Below, piece by piece: positions 32,120 to 43,586 of a stretch of 64,000 nt of DNA. Both the position numbers and the translations under genes were made by a program. The notes beneath the pieces are model-generated. The model ran no database searches. It had not been told where the DNA came from and was given only the letters and a program-made list of their open reading frames with translations. This stretch comes from Hyphomicrobiales bacterium. Its GTDB lineage: Bacteria > Pseudomonadota > Alphaproteobacteria > Rhizobiales > TMED25. Numbering within the stretch: position 1 is the stretch's first letter; every line of letters starts with the position of its first letter. The stretch covers positions 11,725 through 75,724 of the forward strand of contig JAQWOP010000009.1 of NCBI GenBank assembly GCA_029245795.1. Direction: 5' to 3'.

Positions 32120-34195
32120 ATGTCAAGAAATAACGCAATTGAAGATTACAGAAATATTGGCATAATGGCTCACATTGATGCTGGGAAAACTACAACTACA
32201 GAACGTATATTATATTATACTGGTAAAAGTCATAAAATTGGTGAAGTTCATGACGGTGCAGCCACTATGGACTGGATGGAGCAAGAACAGGAAAGGGGTA
32301 TAACTATTACCTCTGCTGCTACCACTACTTACTGGAATAACAAAAGAATCAATATTATTGACACTCCTGGACACGTTGATTTTACTATTGAAGTTGAGCG
32401 ATCTTTACGTGTACTTGATGGAGCAATTGCACTACTTGATGCAAATGCAGGTGTTGAGCCACAAACAGAGACTGTTTGGAGGCAGGCAAATAAATATAAT
32501 GTTCCAAGAATGATTTTTGTAAATAAGATGGATAAAATTGGTGCAGATTTTGCGAGATCTGTTGAAATGGTTACCGAGCGATTAGGTGCAAATCCTTTGG
32601 TGTTGCAATTGCCTATTGGTGCGGAATCAAGCCTAAAAGGTGTAGTTGATCTTATCGAAATGAGAGGGATTATTTGGGAAGATGAAAATTTAGGTGCGAA
32701 TTTTAACTATGAAGAAGTTCCATCAGATATGTTAGATGAAGCAAAGAAATATAGAGAAATACTTGTAGAAACAGTTGTTGAATTAGATGAAGTTGTGATG
32801 GAAAAATATCTTGATGGTGAGGATATAGATATTCCAACTATTAAACGTCTTATCCGTAAGGGAACTTGCGAAAATACATTCTATCCCGTTTTTTGTGGTT
32901 CAGCCTTCAAAAATAAAGGAGTTCAACCGCTTTTAGATGGTGTAATTGACTATTTACCCTCTCCGGTTGATGTTGAGAGAATAAAGGGGATTGAATTAAA
33001 AACAGAGACAGATATTCTTGTCACACCTGCTGATAATGAGAAAGTTTCTATGCTTGCTTTTAAAGTTGCGAATGACCCATTTGTGGGATCACTTACCTTC
33101 TGTAGAATTTATTCCGGTAAATTAGAGAGTGGCTCACAACTGCTTAACTCTGTTAAAGATAAGAAAGAAAGAGTAGGTAGAATGTTGTTGATGCATTCAA
33201 ATTCAAGAGAAGATATTAAAGAAGCTTTCGCTGGAGATATTGTTGCCCTTGCGGGATTAAAGTTAACTACTACAGGAGATACCTTATGTGATCCATCATA
33301 TCCTGTTGTTTTAGAAAGAATGGAGTTCCCTGAACCAGTTATTGAGATTGCTGTTGAACCAAAGACAAAGGGTGATCAAGAAAAAATGGGAGCAGCGCTT
33401 GCGCGACTTGCTCAGGAAGATCCTTCATTTAGAGTTTCTTCAGATGATGAGTCAGGTCAAACAATTATCAAAGGTATGGGTGAACTACACCTTGATATAC
33501 TTGTTGATAGAATGAAAAGAGAATTTAAGGTAGAGGCAAATATTGGTGCACCACAGGTAGCGTATCGAGAAACAATAACAAAGTCATCAGATGTAGATTA
33601 TACTCACAAGAAGCAGTCTGGTGGAGCTGGGCAATTTGCTAGAGTAAAGATGACAATAAGTCCAGGAGAAGCTGGAACTGGTTTTGTTTTTGAGAATAAG
33701 GTTGTTGGCGGTAATATTCCAAGAGAATATATCCCAGGTGTGGAAAAAGGTATTGCATCAGTTTTAAATAATGGTATTTTAGCTGGTTTTCCTTTACTAG
33801 ATATTCATGTAGTATTACATGATGGAGCTTATCATGATGTTGATTCCTCCGTTATGGCTTTTGAAATAGCTGGAAGAGCTGCTTTTCGTGAGGGAGCGCA
33901 ATCTGCTTCACCAAAATTATTAGAGCCAATCATGGATGTTGAAGTTGTTACACCCGAAGAATATATGGGTGATGTTATTGGTGATCTCAATTCGCGAAGA
34001 GGCCAGATATCAGGAACCGAATCTAGATCAAATGCTACCGTTATTAAATCAAAAGTTCCATTGGCAAATATGTTTGGTTATGTCAGTCACTTAAGATCAA
34101 TGAGCCAAGGTCGTGCTCAATTTACTATGCAATTTGATCATTATGAACAAGTACCGCAAGCAGTTTCTGATCAAGTAATAGCAAAATACGCATAA
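32120..34195 (+). CDS. fusA: elongation factor G
   Basis: [23 protein letters not shown] and a length of 691 aa. Confidence 0.98.
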   Translation: MSRNNAIEDYRNIGIMAHIDAGKTTTTERILYYTGKSHKIGEVHDGAATMDWMEQEQERGITITSAATTTYWNNKRINIIDTPGHVDFTIEVERSLRVLDGAIALLDANAGVEPQTETVWRQANKYNVPRMIFVNKMDKIGADFARSVEMVTERLGANPLVLQLPIGAESSLKGVVDLIEMRGIIWEDENLGANFNYEEVPSDMLDEAKKYREILVETVVELDEVVMEKYLDGEDIDIPTIKRLIRKGTCENTFYPVFCGSAFKNKGVQPLLDGVIDYLPSPVDVERIKGIELKTETDILVTPADNEKVSMLAFKVANDPFVGSLTFCRIYSGKLESGSQLLNSVKDKKERVGRMLLMHSNSREDIKEAFAGDIVALAGLKLTTTGDTLCDPSYPVVLERMEFPEPVIEIAVEPKTKGDQEKMGAALARLAQEDPSFRVSSDDESGQTIIKGMGELHLDILVDRMKREFKVEANIGAPQVAYRETITKSSDVDYTHKKQSGGAGQFARVKMTISPGEAGTGFVFENKVVGGNIPREYIPGVEKGIASVLNNGILAGFPLLDIHVVLHDGAYHDVDSSVMAFEIAGRAAFREGAQSASPKLLEPIMDVEVVTPEEYMGDVIGDLNSRRGQISGTESRSNATVIKSKVPLANMFGYVSHLRSMSQGRAQFTMQFDHYEQVPQAVSDQVIAKYA

Positions 34196-34213
34196 AACAT
34201 AATAGGGTAAAAA

Positions 34214-34522
34214 ATGCAGGGACAAAATCTTAGAATTAGATTGAAAGCTTATGATCATCGGTTGTTGGATAATGCAACTACTGAGATTGTTAGTACGGCA
34301 AAAAGAACTGGAGCTAATGTAAGAGGTCCTATTCCGATTCCAAGGAGAATTGAGAAATTCACAGTGCTTCGTGGTCCACATATTGATAAAAAAAGTCGTG
34401 AACAATTTGAGATAAGAACATATAAAAGACTTTTAGATATTGTTGATCCCACACCTCAGACAGTAGATGCGTTAATGAAGTTAGATCTTTCTGCTGGTGT
34501 GAATGTTGAGATAAAATTATAG
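34214..34522 (+). CDS. rpsJ: 30S ribosomal protein S10
   Basis: [13 protein letters not shown] matches S10. Confidence 0.97.
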   Translation: MQGQNLRIRLKAYDHRLLDNATTEIVSTAKRTGANVRGPIPIPRRIEKFTVLRGPHIDKKSREQFEIRTYKRLLDIVDPTPQTVDALMKLDLSAGVNVEIKL

Positions 34523-34537
34523 AATATAGGTATTGAT

Positions 34538-35413
34538 ATGAGAGTTGGTTTAATAGCAGAAAAACTTGGTATGATGAGAATTTTTTCAGAAAAAGGTCAG
34601 CATATTCCAGTGACTGTATTAGCTATATCTAATTGCCAAGTTGTCTCACACAAAACACAAGAAGTTGATGGTTACTCTGCTATACAAATTGGTGCTGGAA
34701 GCCCGAAGGTAAAAAATGTTACCAAACCAATGAGAGGGCACTTTTCAAAATCTAAGGTTGAACCAAAATCAAAGTTAGTAGAATTCAGAGTTGATGAGGA
34801 TAAATTCATACAGATTGGGTTGTTCATGAAAGCGGATCACTTTATGCCAGGGCAAAAAGTTGATGTTACTGGAACTAGTATAGGTAAAGGATTTGCTGGT
34901 GCTATGAAAAGACATAACTTTTCAGGTTTAAGGGCATCTCATGGTGTTTCAGTAAGTCATAGAAGTCATGGATCTACAGGGCAATGCCAAGATCCAGGTA
35001 AAGTTTTTAAAGGAAAGAAAATGGCTGGTCACATGGGGGCTGCCCGAGTAACGATACAAAACCTAGGAGTATATTCTGTTGATAATGAAAAAGGCCTTAT
35101 ATTTGTTCATGGAGCAGTGCCAGGACATAAAGGTAGCTGGGTCACTATTAAGGATGCTGTAAAAAAGCAGGCTGATATAGAACTTCCATTACCAGGAAGC
35201 TTCATAGATCCAAATAATCAAGCAGAAGATGTAACAAAAAAAGATGATGTCACTTCAGTAACAGCTGAAAAGAATGCGGAAACCACAAATGAAGAATTAC
35301 ATGTTGATTCTTTGAATGAAGATCAGGGTCAGGAAATCAACCAACAACAATTAGAAGAAGCTGATTCTGCTGATCTTAAAGAAATACCAGAAAATGATGG
35401 TGAAAAAAAATGA
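34538..35413 (+). CDS. rplC: 50S ribosomal protein L3, with a long acidic C-terminal extension
   Basis: Residues 1 to about 215 are canonical L3. About 70 further residues are rich in D, E, N and Q. Confidence 0.95.
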   Translation: MRVGLIAEKLGMMRIFSEKGQHIPVTVLAISNCQVVSHKTQEVDGYSAIQIGAGSPKVKNVTKPMRGHFSKSKVEPKSKLVEFRVDEDKFIQIGLFMKADHFMPGQKVDVTGTSIGKGFAGAMKRHNFSGLRASHGVSVSHRSHGSTGQCQDPGKVFKGKKMAGHMGAARVTIQNLGVYSVDNEKGLIFVHGAVPGHKGSWVTIKDAVKKQADIELPLPGSFIDPNNQAEDVTKKDDVTSVTAEKNAETTNEELHVDSLNEDQGQEINQQQLEEADSADLKEIPENDGEKK

Positions 35414-36039
35414 AGGTAAATGTAGTAGATATAACATCAAAAGCATCTGGTACTATTTCTATTAAAGATGAAATATTCTGCCTTGAGCCTCGTAAGGATA
35501 TATTACATAGGATTGTTTTATACCAGTTGGCAAAAAGGAGAGCAGGTACCCATAAAGTTAAAAATAGAGCTGAAATAACTGCAACAACAAAGAAAATGTA
35601 TAAGCAAAAAGGAACAGGCGGAGCTCGTCATGGTTCAAAAAAGGTTCCGCAATTTAGGGGTGGTGGAAGAGCTTTTGGTCCACTTCCTAGAGATCACTCA
35701 ATAAAGCTTACAAAGAAATTCAAAAAATTAGCACTGAAGCATGCTCTATCAGCTAAACTACAAGAAGGTAATCTTGTGATATTAAGTGAGGCGAAGTTAG
35801 ATAAGCCAAGAACATCGGATTTGGTCAAAAAACTACAAAAACTAGATGTAACCTCTGCTTTATTCTTGGATGCAACTGAATTCGACAAAAATTTTGAATT
35901 AGCCTCTATGAACATACCAAGAATTGATATATTGCCAGTTCAGGGGATGAATGTATACGATATGTTGAAGAGAGATAAACTTTTCATAACAAAAGCAGCG
36001 TTAAAAGAAATTGAAGGTAGATTAGATGAACGAAATTGA
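35410..36039 (+). CDS. rplD: 50S ribosomal protein L4
   Basis: [12 protein letters not shown] motif. ATGA start/stop overlap with rplC. Confidence 0.96.
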   Translation: MKVNVVDITSKASGTISIKDEIFCLEPRKDILHRIVLYQLAKRRAGTHKVKNRAEITATTKKMYKQKGTGGARHGSKKVPQFRGGGRAFGPLPRDHSIKLTKKFKKLALKHALSAKLQEGNLVILSEAKLDKPRTSDLVKKLQKLDVTSALFLDATEFDKNFELASMNIPRIDILPVQGMNVYDMLKRDKLFITKAALKEIEGRLDERN

Positions 36040-36325
36040 TATATATGATGTTATCAGAAATCCAGTCATAACTGAAAAGGCTACCCTTATCTCAGAAAAT
36101 GGACAAGTGATTTTCGACGTTTCAAAAACAGCTACTAAAGCTCAAATTAAAGAGGCTATAGAAACGTTATTTAAAGTAAAAGTAAAATCTGTTAATACAC
36201 TTATAAGAAAAGGAAAAGTTAAAAGATTTAAAGGACGAATTGGAAAAAGATCAGATGTTAAGAAAGCAATTGTTTCACTTGAAGATGGGCAAAGCTTTGA
36301 TTTTACAACGGGTATAAGTGGGTAA
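36026..36325 (+). CDS. rplW: 50S ribosomal protein L23
   Basis: Sequence and conserved order. Confidence 0.95.
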   Translation: MNEIDIYDVIRNPVITEKATLISENGQVIFDVSKTATKAQIKEAIETLFKVKVKSVNTLIRKGKVKRFKGRIGKRSDVKKAIVSLEDGQSFDFTTGISG

Positions 36326-36331
36326 TTAAGA

Positions 36332-37171
36332 ATGGCTTTAAAATCATATAAACCGAATACACCAGGGCAAAGAGGTCTAGTTTTAGTTTCTAGGGCTCAT
36401 CTATGGAATGGTAAACCAGAAAAAACATTAACAGTTGGTCTAACAAAATCTGGTGGTCGTAATAATAACGGTAGAGTAACTGCTCGTAGAAGGGGCGGTG
36501 GACACAAACGTTTATATAGAATTATTGATTTTAAAAGAATTCATTTTGATGTTCCAGCCAAGGTTGAAAGAATTGAATATGATCCAAATAGATCTGCTTT
36601 CATTGCTTTGTTATCGTACGATGATGGAGTAAAGTCATATATCTTAGCTCCCCAAAGAATGTCAATAGGGGATATTGTGATGTCTGGACCAAATGCTGAT
36701 ATAAAACCAGGTAATGCTCTGCCTCTAGCTAATATTCCAGTCGGAACTATTATTCATAATGTCGAGCTAAAGCCTGGCAAGGGTGGTCAAATTGCCAGAT
36801 CAGCTGGTACTTATGTTCAGTTAGTAGGGAGAGATCAAGCATATTCTATTTTAAGATTAAATTCTGGAGAACAAAGAATGACACGTTCGGAATGTATGGC
36901 TACAATAGGTGCTGTATCTAATCCGGACAAAAAAAATATTAAACTAGCTAAAGCTGGTAGATCAAGATGGTTAGGTAAGCGCCCTTCAGTCCGTGGAGTA
37001 GCTATGAACCCGATAGATCATCCACATGGTGGCGGTGAAGGTAAAACATCTGGTGGTAGACACCCAGTAACGCCATGGGGTAAGCCAACTAAGGGGAAAA
37101 AGACACGCTCAAAAAATAAATCTTCAGATAAATTAATTGTCAGAAGTAGACATCTTAAAAAGAAAAGGTAA
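36332..37171 (+). CDS. rplB: 50S ribosomal protein L2
   Basis: The GGGHKRLYR and [13 protein letters not shown] motifs. Confidence 0.98.
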   Translation: MALKSYKPNTPGQRGLVLVSRAHLWNGKPEKTLTVGLTKSGGRNNNGRVTARRRGGGHKRLYRIIDFKRIHFDVPAKVERIEYDPNRSAFIALLSYDDGVKSYILAPQRMSIGDIVMSGPNADIKPGNALPLANIPVGTIIHNVELKPGKGGQIARSAGTYVQLVGRDQAYSILRLNSGEQRMTRSECMATIGAVSNPDKKNIKLAKAGRSRWLGKRPSVRGVAMNPIDHPHGGGEGKTSGGRHPVTPWGKPTKGKKTRSKNKSSDKLIVRSRHLKKKR

Positions 37172-37179
37172 TTTAGTAT

Positions 37180-37458
37180 ATGACACGTTCAGTTTGGAAA
37201 GGACCGTTTGTTGACGGGTATTTGTTAAAGAAAGCAGAAAAAGCTAGAGCATCAGGAAGAAATGATGTTATTAAAATTTGGTCAAGAAGGTCCACTATTT
37301 TACCTCAATTTGTTGGATTAACATGGGGTGTTCATAATGGCCAAAAGCATATATCTGTTCTTGTTACAGAGGAGATGGTTGGACGAAAATTTGGAGAATT
37401 TTCTCCAACAAGAACATATTATGGTCATCTCGCAGATAAGAAGGCAAAAAGGAAGTAA
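37180..37458 (+). CDS. rpsS: 30S ribosomal protein S19
   Basis: [12 protein letters not shown] and VHNGQKH. Confidence 0.97.
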   Translation: MTRSVWKGPFVDGYLLKKAEKARASGRNDVIKIWSRRSTILPQFVGLTWGVHNGQKHISVLVTEEMVGRKFGEFSPTRTYYGHLADKKAKRK

Positions 37459-37460
37459 TT

Positions 37461-37832
37461 ATGGCACTTAAGGCTAAAGAGGGCACAGCCCTTGCGATAA
37501 CAAAGAACCTCAAGGTAAGTTCACAAAAACTTAATCTTGTAGCTGCGATGATACGTGGAAAAAAAGTAGATAAGGCTATCAATGATCTTCTATTTTCAAG
37601 AAAGAGAATTGCCCAAGATGTTTTAAAAACACTCAAATCTGCAATAGCAAATGCCGAAAATAATCATAATCTAGATATTGATGAATTGTATGTAAATGAA
37701 GCTTATGTTGGAAAAAATTTAGTACTTAAAAGATGGAAACCAAGAGCTAGAGGTCGTATGGGCAGAATTCTTAAACCATTCAGTCAATTAACCGTTGTTG
37801 TAAAACAATTGGAGAATGAGGAAGGTAAATAA
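37461..37832 (+). CDS. rplV: 50S ribosomal protein L22
   Basis: Sequence and conserved order. Confidence 0.95.
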   Translation: MALKAKEGTALAITKNLKVSSQKLNLVAAMIRGKKVDKAINDLLFSRKRIAQDVLKTLKSAIANAENNHNLDIDELYVNEAYVGKNLVLKRWKPRARGRMGRILKPFSQLTVVVKQLENEEGK

Positions 37833-38536
37833 TGGGACAAAAAGTTTCACCAGTATCATTAAGGCTTGGAATCAATAGAACTTGGGATTCACGTTGGTAT
37901 GCTGAAAAAAATGAATATCCAAAACTTTTGATGGAAGACCGAAAAATTAGGTCTTTAGTTAATGGATTAAAATCTGCTGCTGCAATATCAAAAATTGTAA
38001 TAGAGCGCCCTCATAAAAAATGTGCGGTAACAATTTATTCAGCAAGGCCTGGAATATTAATTGGAAAAAAAGGTTCAGATATTGAACTTATTAAAACAAA
38101 AATACAAAAAATTACAAATACAGATGTTTCAATAAATATTCTTGAAGTTAGAAAGCCTGAAATAGACGCTACACTTGTTGCAGAATCTATCGCTTCTCAA
38201 CTGGAAAGAAGGGTCGCTTTTAGAAGAGCCATGAAACGTTCGGTTCAGACAGCTTTAAGAATGGGAGCTGGTGGTATAAGGATTAATTGCGGCGGAAGGC
38301 TCGGTGGAGCAGAAATCGCAAGAACTGAATGGTATAGAGAAGGAAGAGTTCCATTACATACACTCAGAGCTAATGTTGACTATGGATTTGCTACAGCTAA
38401 AACAACATATGGAGCTATTGGTATAAAAGTGTGGATTTTTAAAGGTGAAATTTTAGAGCATGATCCAATGGCGCAAGAAAGAAGTATTACAGGTGGCAAC
38501 CAAGAGGGTGCCCGTTCTTCATCAAGGGCAGAATAG
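37832..38536 (+). CDS. rpsC: 30S ribosomal protein S3
   Basis: [24 protein letters not shown]. Confidence 0.97.
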   Translation: MGQKVSPVSLRLGINRTWDSRWYAEKNEYPKLLMEDRKIRSLVNGLKSAAAISKIVIERPHKKCAVTIYSARPGILIGKKGSDIELIKTKIQKITNTDVSINILEVRKPEIDATLVAESIASQLERRVAFRRAMKRSVQTALRMGAGGIRINCGGRLGGAEIARTEWYREGRVPLHTLRANVDYGFATAKTTYGAIGIKVWIFKGEILEHDPMAQERSITGGNQEGARSSSRAE

Positions 38537-38551
38537 AGTAAGGATTGAATA

Positions 38552-38971
38552 ATGTTACAGCCAAAAAGAACAAAATTCAGAAAGATGCATAAAGGCAGAA
38601 TAAGTGGAAATGCCAAAGGGGGTTTTAACCTAAACTTTGGGTCATATGGTCTTAAATCATTAGAGCCATCAAGGGTAACTGCTAGACAAATTGAAGCAGC
38701 AAGAAGGGCTATGACAAGACACATGAAAAGAGCTGGTAGAGTATGGATAAGAATTTTTCCAGACGTGCCTGTTTCAAAAAAGCCTACAGAAGTTCGTATG
38801 GGTAAAGGTAAGGGTTCAGTTGAGTATTGGGCAGCAAAGGTTAAACCAGGAAGAATGATGTTTGAAATAGATGGTGTGCCAATCGATGTGGCAAAAGAAG
38901 CTTTGTCATTAGCAGCAGCAAAGTTGCCCGTTAAATGCAAAATCGTTTCAAGAGTAAGTGATATAAATTAG
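38552..38971 (+). CDS. rplP: 50S ribosomal protein L16
   Basis: [16 protein letters not shown]. Confidence 0.97.
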   Translation: MLQPKRTKFRKMHKGRISGNAKGGFNLNFGSYGLKSLEPSRVTARQIEAARRAMTRHMKRAGRVWIRIFPDVPVSKKPTEVRMGKGKGSVEYWAAKVKPGRMMFEIDGVPIDVAKEALSLAAAKLPVKCKIVSRVSDIN

Positions 38972-38982
38972 GAATTTATTAA

Positions 38983-39186
38983 ATGAAGGCAGCAGAAATT
39001 AGAGAACTATCTCTGGACCAGATAAATGATAATCTTGTGAGATATAAAAAAGAACAACTGAATTTGAGGTTTCAGAAAACAAGTGCTCAACTTGATAATA
39101 CCTCAAGAGTTAGAGAAGTTAGAAGGATAATTGCAAAATTGAAAACAATTTATAGTGAAAAAAGTAAATTAGAGGAGAAAAAATAA
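38983..39186 (+). CDS. rpmC: 50S ribosomal protein L29
   Basis: 67 aa. Sequence pattern and conserved order. Confidence 0.93.
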   Translation: MKAAEIRELSLDQINDNLVRYKKEQLNLRFQKTSAQLDNTSRVREVRRIIAKLKTIYSEKSKLEEKK

Positions 39187-39410
39187 TGCCAAAGAGAATA
39201 CTCTCAGGTGTTGTGGAAAATAATACTCTTGATAAAACTATTGTAGTTCGTGTTGAGAGAAGATTTATAGATCCATTATTAAAGAAAACAGTAAGAAGAT
39301 CAAAAAAGTACCATGCCCATGATGAAAAGAATGAGCACAATATAGGTGATGAGGTTAGAATACAAGAGTCAAAACCTTATTCTAAACTTAAAAAATGGAT
39401 AGTCATATAA
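39186..39410 (+). CDS. rpsQ: 30S ribosomal protein S17
   Basis: [27 protein letters not shown] and YHAHDE. Confidence 0.95.
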   Translation: MPKRILSGVVENNTLDKTIVVRVERRFIDPLLKKTVRRSKKYHAHDEKNEHNIGDEVRIQESKPYSKLKKWIVI

Positions 39411-39432
39411 GATATAAGAGGAATAATTTAAA

Positions 39433-39801
39433 ATGATCCAAATGCAAACAAATTTGAGTGTTGCGGATAACTCTGGTGCAAAAAGAGTACAGTGTATTAA
39501 GGTATTAGGTGGTTCAAAAAGAAAGACCGCTCAAATTGGTGATACTATTGTTGTAACAGTAAAAGAAGCAATTCCAAGGGGAAGAGTTAAAAAAGGAGAT
39601 GTCCTTAAGGCTGTAATTGTAAGAACAGCAAAGGGTGTTTTAAGAAATGATGGTACAGCTATTCGTTTTGATGGTAATGCTGCGGTTTTAATTAATAACC
39701 AAGGAGAACCTATTGGAACAAGAATATTTGGACCAATCACAAGAGAATTAAGAGCAAAAAATCATATGAAAATAATTTCATTAGCTCCGGAGGTACTGTA
39801 A
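39433..39801 (+). CDS. rplN: 50S ribosomal protein L14
   Basis: [17 protein letters not shown]. Confidence 0.98.
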   Translation: MIQMQTNLSVADNSGAKRVQCIKVLGGSKRKTAQIGDTIVVTVKEAIPRGRVKKGDVLKAVIVRTAKGVLRNDGTAIRFDGNAAVLINNQGEPIGTRIFGPITRELRAKNHMKIISLAPEVL

Positions 39802-39803
39802 TA

Positions 39804-40121
39804 ATGGCTAAAATAAAAAAAGGCGATAATGTGATAGTTCTTGTGGGCAAAGATAAAGGAAAGACAGGGACAGTACTAACTGTTTTCCCAACTGAAAACA
39901 AACTTGTAGTTCAAGGTGTTAGTATAAAAAAGAAGCATCAAAAACAAACTCAAAATCAAGAATCTGGTATTATTGAGAAAGAGGGAAAGATACATGTTTC
40001 AAATGTTGCGATCGTTGACCCAAAAGACTCAAAGGCATCTAAAGTAGGTTTTAAATTTCTTAAAGATGGAGAAAAAGTTAGATTTCTTAAGAAATCAGGG
40101 GAGGTGCTAGATGACAAATAA
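39804..40121 (+). CDS. rplX: 50S ribosomal protein L24
   Basis: KOW motif [18 protein letters not shown]. Confidence 0.95.
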   Translation: MAKIKKGDNVIVLVGKDKGKTGTVLTVFPTENKLVVQGVSIKKKHQKQTQNQESGIIEKEGKIHVSNVAIVDPKDSKASKVGFKFLKDGEKVRFLKKSGEVLDDK

Positions 40122-40665
40122 TTACATACCTCATATGAAAGTTCAATATCAAGAAGAAATTATAAAGGAATTAAAGAAAAAATTTAATTATTCTAATGAT
40201 ATGCAGATTCCAAAACTTGATAAAATTGTTTTAAATATGGGCCTTGGAGATGCTGTGGCTGAATCCAAAAAGGCTGATGTTGCATTTGAAGCGCTTGGAT
40301 TAATTGCGGGGCAAAAACCAGTCTTTACAAAAGCCAAAAAATCGATAGCAAATTTTAAACTTCGCGAAGGAATGGTTATAGGAGCGAAAGTCACTCTAAG
40401 AAAATCTATGATGTATGATTTCGTTGATAGACTAATTACTATAGCATTACCGAGAGTCCGAGATTTTAGAGGTATTAGTGCCAAAAGCTTTGATGGCAAT
40501 GGTAATTACGCGATGGGTATGAAGGAACATATTGTATTTCCTGAGATTAATTATGACAAAGTTGATGTAATAAGAGGTTTAGATATCATTATTTGTACTA
40601 CTGCGAAAACTAACGAAGAAGCTAAAGCATTATTAATAGGATTTAATTTTCCATTTAGGAATTAA
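40111..40665 (+). CDS. rplE: 50S ribosomal protein L5
   Basis: Sequence and order; overlaps the rplX end by 11 nt. Confidence 0.96.
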   Translation: MTNNYIPHMKVQYQEEIIKELKKKFNYSNDMQIPKLDKIVLNMGLGDAVAESKKADVAFEALGLIAGQKPVFTKAKKSIANFKLREGMVIGAKVTLRKSMMYDFVDRLITIALPRVRDFRGISAKSFDGNGNYAMGMKEHIVFPEINYDKVDVIRGLDIIICTTAKTNEEAKALLIGFNFPFRN

Positions 40666-40681
40666 TTATATAGGAGTCTAG

Positions 40682-40987
40682 ATGTCAAAAGTAAGTTTAA
40701 TAGAAAGAAACGAAAAAAGATTAAAATTGAGTAAAAAACACTCCGTTAAGAGGGCTGAATTGAAAGAAATTTCTAAAAATAAATCACTTTCATTGGAAGA
40801 GAGATTTCAGGCGACTGTAAAACTTGCAAAACTTCCAAGAAACTCTGCTCCTATAAGGTATAGAAATAGATGCGCAATAACTGGTAGACCGAGAGGCTAC
40901 TATAGAAAACTTGGTGTTTCAAGAATAGCCGTTAGAGACCTAACAGCACAAAGTCAAATACCAGGAATGATAAAATCAAGTTGGTGA
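40682..40987 (+). CDS. rpsN: 30S ribosomal protein S14 (long, non-zinc form)
   Basis: 101 aa, ending RNRCAITGRPRGYYRKLGVSRIAVRDL...W. Confidence 0.95.
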   Translation: MSKVSLIERNEKRLKLSKKHSVKRAELKEISKNKSLSLEERFQATVKLAKLPRNSAPIRYRNRCAITGRPRGYYRKLGVSRIAVRDLTAQSQIPGMIKSSW

Positions 40988-40996
40988 GGTATTAAC

Positions 40997-41392
40997 ATGA
41001 TGACAGATCCATTAGCAGATATGCTAACAAGAATACGGAATGCTCTTATGAGAAATAAGACAGCAGTTCTTACTCCAGCCTCTAAGATAAGAGAGAATGT
41101 ACTGTTGGTATTGCAGGATGAAGGATATATTCGTGGCTATACAAGGATTGAAATTGAAGGTCAATTTCCAATGTTTGAAATAGAATTAAAATATCACGAA
41201 GGTGATCCTGTTATTAAAAAACTAGAGAGAGTTTCAAAGCCTGGTCGTAGGGTATACTCATCTGTAACAGAATTACCTAGAGTATTTAATGGTTTAGGTG
41301 TTTCAATATTATCAACTTCCAAAGGTGTTATGTCGGATGTTAACGCAAGAGAAGCAAATGTTGGTGGTGAAATACTTTGTAAAGTATTCTAG
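40997..41392 (+). CDS. rpsH: 30S ribosomal protein S8
   Basis: [13 protein letters not shown]. The start could instead be the second ATG at 41000. Confidence 0.96.
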   Translation: MMTDPLADMLTRIRNALMRNKTAVLTPASKIRENVLLVLQDEGYIRGYTRIEIEGQFPMFEIELKYHEGDPVIKKLERVSKPGRRVYSSVTELPRVFNGLGVSILSTSKGVMSDVNAREANVGGEILCKVF

Positions 41393-41404
41393 GAAGAGGT
41401 TAAT

Positions 41405-41938
41405 ATGTCAAGAATTGGAAAAAAGAGTATTTTAATACCAGAAAATGTAAAAGCAGATATCAACGAAGGTGTTTTAACCGTAGTTGGCCCAAAGGGCCAG
41501 TTATCAGCAGTGCTTTTTGATGGTATTGATGTTCAGATTAAAGATGCGGAGATTAATGTTATCCCAAAAAATCTAGACAAAAAGACTCGTTCTTTTTGGG
41601 GTTTGACTAGAACTCTGATTAGTAATTTAATCTCTGGAGTTTCAGAAGGTTACGCCAAAACACTTGAAATACAGGGTGTTGGATATAGAGCTCAATTACA
41701 AGGTGAAATACTTCAGTTATCACTAGGTTTTAGCCATGAAGTTAATTATCCTGTTCCGGAAGGGATAGAAATCAAATGTACACGTCCAACAGAAATTGTC
41801 ATAGAAGGAATTGATAAGCAAAGAGTTGGTCAGACAGCGGCTGAAATTAGAAAATTTAGACCTCCAGAACCTTATAAGGGTAAGGGTATCAGATATAAAG
41901 ATGAATACGTATTCAGAAAAGAAGGAAAAAAGAAATAG
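41405..41938 (+). CDS. rplF: 50S ribosomal protein L6
   Basis: MSRIGKKSILIPENV. Confidence 0.96.
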   Translation: MSRIGKKSILIPENVKADINEGVLTVVGPKGQLSAVLFDGIDVQIKDAEINVIPKNLDKKTRSFWGLTRTLISNLISGVSEGYAKTLEIQGVGYRAQLQGEILQLSLGFSHEVNYPVPEGIEIKCTRPTEIVIEGIDKQRVGQTAAEIRKFRPPEPYKGKGIRYKDEYVFRKEGKKK

Positions 41939-41947
41939 AGTTTAAAA

Positions 41948-42301
41948 ATGGTACAAATGAACAGTAAAATAAAAAGAAAATTAAGAGTAAGAAGGTCTTT
42001 AAAGAAAAATAACAATCAAAGGCCTAGGTTAAGTGTATTTCGTTCATCAAAAAATATTTATGCCCAAATCATTGATGATATGAATGGTAAAACTTTAGCT
42101 TCAGCTTCAACTCTTGAGAAGGAAAATAGATCTCAGAATGGATCTGATAAAAAAGCAGCAGAAAAGATCGGTAAATTAATAGCTGAACGATCTTTAAAAG
42201 CAGGAGTTGATAAAGTTGTTTTTGACAGAAGTGGTTATTTATACCATGGAAGAGTCAAAGCTCTTGCTGACACTGCACGAACTAATGGATTAGAATTTTA
42301 A
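41948..42301 (+). CDS. rplR: 50S ribosomal protein L18
   Basis: A basic N-terminus, then [19 protein letters not shown]. The start could be ATG 41957. Confidence 0.95.
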   Translation: MVQMNSKIKRKLRVRRSLKKNNNQRPRLSVFRSSKNIYAQIIDDMNGKTLASASTLEKENRSQNGSDKKAAEKIGKLIAERSLKAGVDKVVFDRSGYLYHGRVKALADTARTNGLEF

Positions 42302-42310
42302 GGGGAAAAT

Positions 42311-42859
42311 ATGGCACGTTCACAGGCAAAGTCCAAAGATGAAAATAATGATTTTATTGATAGACTTGTTCACATTAATAGAGTTGCAAAAGTTGTAAAG
42401 GGTGGAAGACGATTTGGTTTCGCTGCGCTTGTCGTAGTTGGTGACCAAAAAGGTAAAGTTGGTTTTGGTCATGGAAAAGCAAAAGAAGTTCCAGAAGCAA
42501 TTAGAAAAGCAACAGATGATGCTAAGAGAGAAATGATTAGAGTTCCCCTTAGAGATGGTAGAACCCTGCATCATGATGTTTATGGACATCATGGAGCTGG
42601 ACGAGTGCTTTTGAGGACAGCTCCATCAGGAACTGGTATTATCGCTGGTGGGCCAATGAGAGCAATATTTGAAGCACTTGGAGTACAGGATGTTGTTGCA
42701 AAATCTCAAGGTTCGGCTAACCCATACAACATGGTTCGAGCAACCTTTGATGCATTAAAGGGTGAACAGAGCCCACGAATGATAGCTTCTAGAAGAGGAT
42801 TGAAAGTGAGTGATCTTGTTTCAAGGAGAAAAGAATTAAATTCTGAAGTGGAATCATAG
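42311..42859 (+). CDS. rpsE: 30S ribosomal protein S5
   Basis: [22 protein letters not shown]. Confidence 0.96.
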   Translation: MARSQAKSKDENNDFIDRLVHINRVAKVVKGGRRFGFAALVVVGDQKGKVGFGHGKAKEVPEAIRKATDDAKREMIRVPLRDGRTLHHDVYGHHGAGRVLLRTAPSGTGIIAGGPMRAIFEALGVQDVVAKSQGSANPYNMVRATFDALKGEQSPRMIASRRGLKVSDLVSRRKELNSEVES

Positions 42860-42866
42860 GAGTAAT

Positions 42867-43058
42867 ATGGCAAAAGATATTAAAACTATAAAAGTAAAGC
42901 AAACCGGAAGTTCAATTGGAAGAAAGTTTGATCAAAGACAGACTTTAATTGGGCTTGGGTTAAATAAAATTGGAAGAACGAAGGTATTAGAAGACACTCC
43001 ATCTGTAAGAGGAATGGTAAGAAAAGTTCAACATCTTGTAAAAGTGTTAGACTCATAA
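42867..43058 (+). CDS. rpmD: 50S ribosomal protein L30
   Basis: 63 aa; [12 protein letters not shown]...LIGLGL. Confidence 0.93.
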   Translation: MAKDIKTIKVKQTGSSIGRKFDQRQTLIGLGLNKIGRTKVLEDTPSVRGMVRKVQHLVKVLDS

Positions 43059-43076
43059 AAATATATAGAGGTAGCG

Positions 43077-43553
43077 ATGAAATTAAATGAATTATCAGAT
43101 TTGCAGGGTGCTAAAAAGAACCGGAAAAGAGTTGGTCGAGGTATTGGCTCAGGAAAGGGAAAAACTGCTGGAAGAGGAGTTAAAGGACAAAAGTCTCGTT
43201 CTGGGGTTGCTATAAAAGGATTCGAAGGGGGGCAGATGCCTCTTCATAGAAGACTGCCTAAAAGAGGATTTAAAAATATATTTGCCAAGCATTATAATAT
43301 TTTCAATCTTGATCGAATACAATATTTTATAGATAACGGTAATATTGATGACAAAGAAGTTATCAATTCAGAAAACCTTTTAAAGGCTAGGATAATTAAG
43401 ACTGAGAAAAATGGTATAAAAATTCTTGGAACAGGTGCTCTGAAATCAAAAGTTGTATTTGAAGTTTCAGGAGCCTCTCAAACAGCAATAAAGAGTATTG
43501 AAAAATCAGGTAGTAAGATTACTATCATTGGTTCTTCTGAAGAACATGTGTAG
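43077..43553 (+). CDS. rplO: 50S ribosomal protein L15
   Basis: KRVGRGIGSGKGKTAGRGVKGQKSRSG. Confidence 0.96.
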   Translation: MKLNELSDLQGAKKNRKRVGRGIGSGKGKTAGRGVKGQKSRSGVAIKGFEGGQMPLHRRLPKRGFKNIFAKHYNIFNLDRIQYFIDNGNIDDKEVINSENLLKARIIKTEKNGIKILGTGALKSKVVFEVSGASQTAIKSIEKSGSKITIIGSSEEHV

Positions 43554-43586
43554 TGTATAAATTACAAAAAATCATTAAGGTGATAA

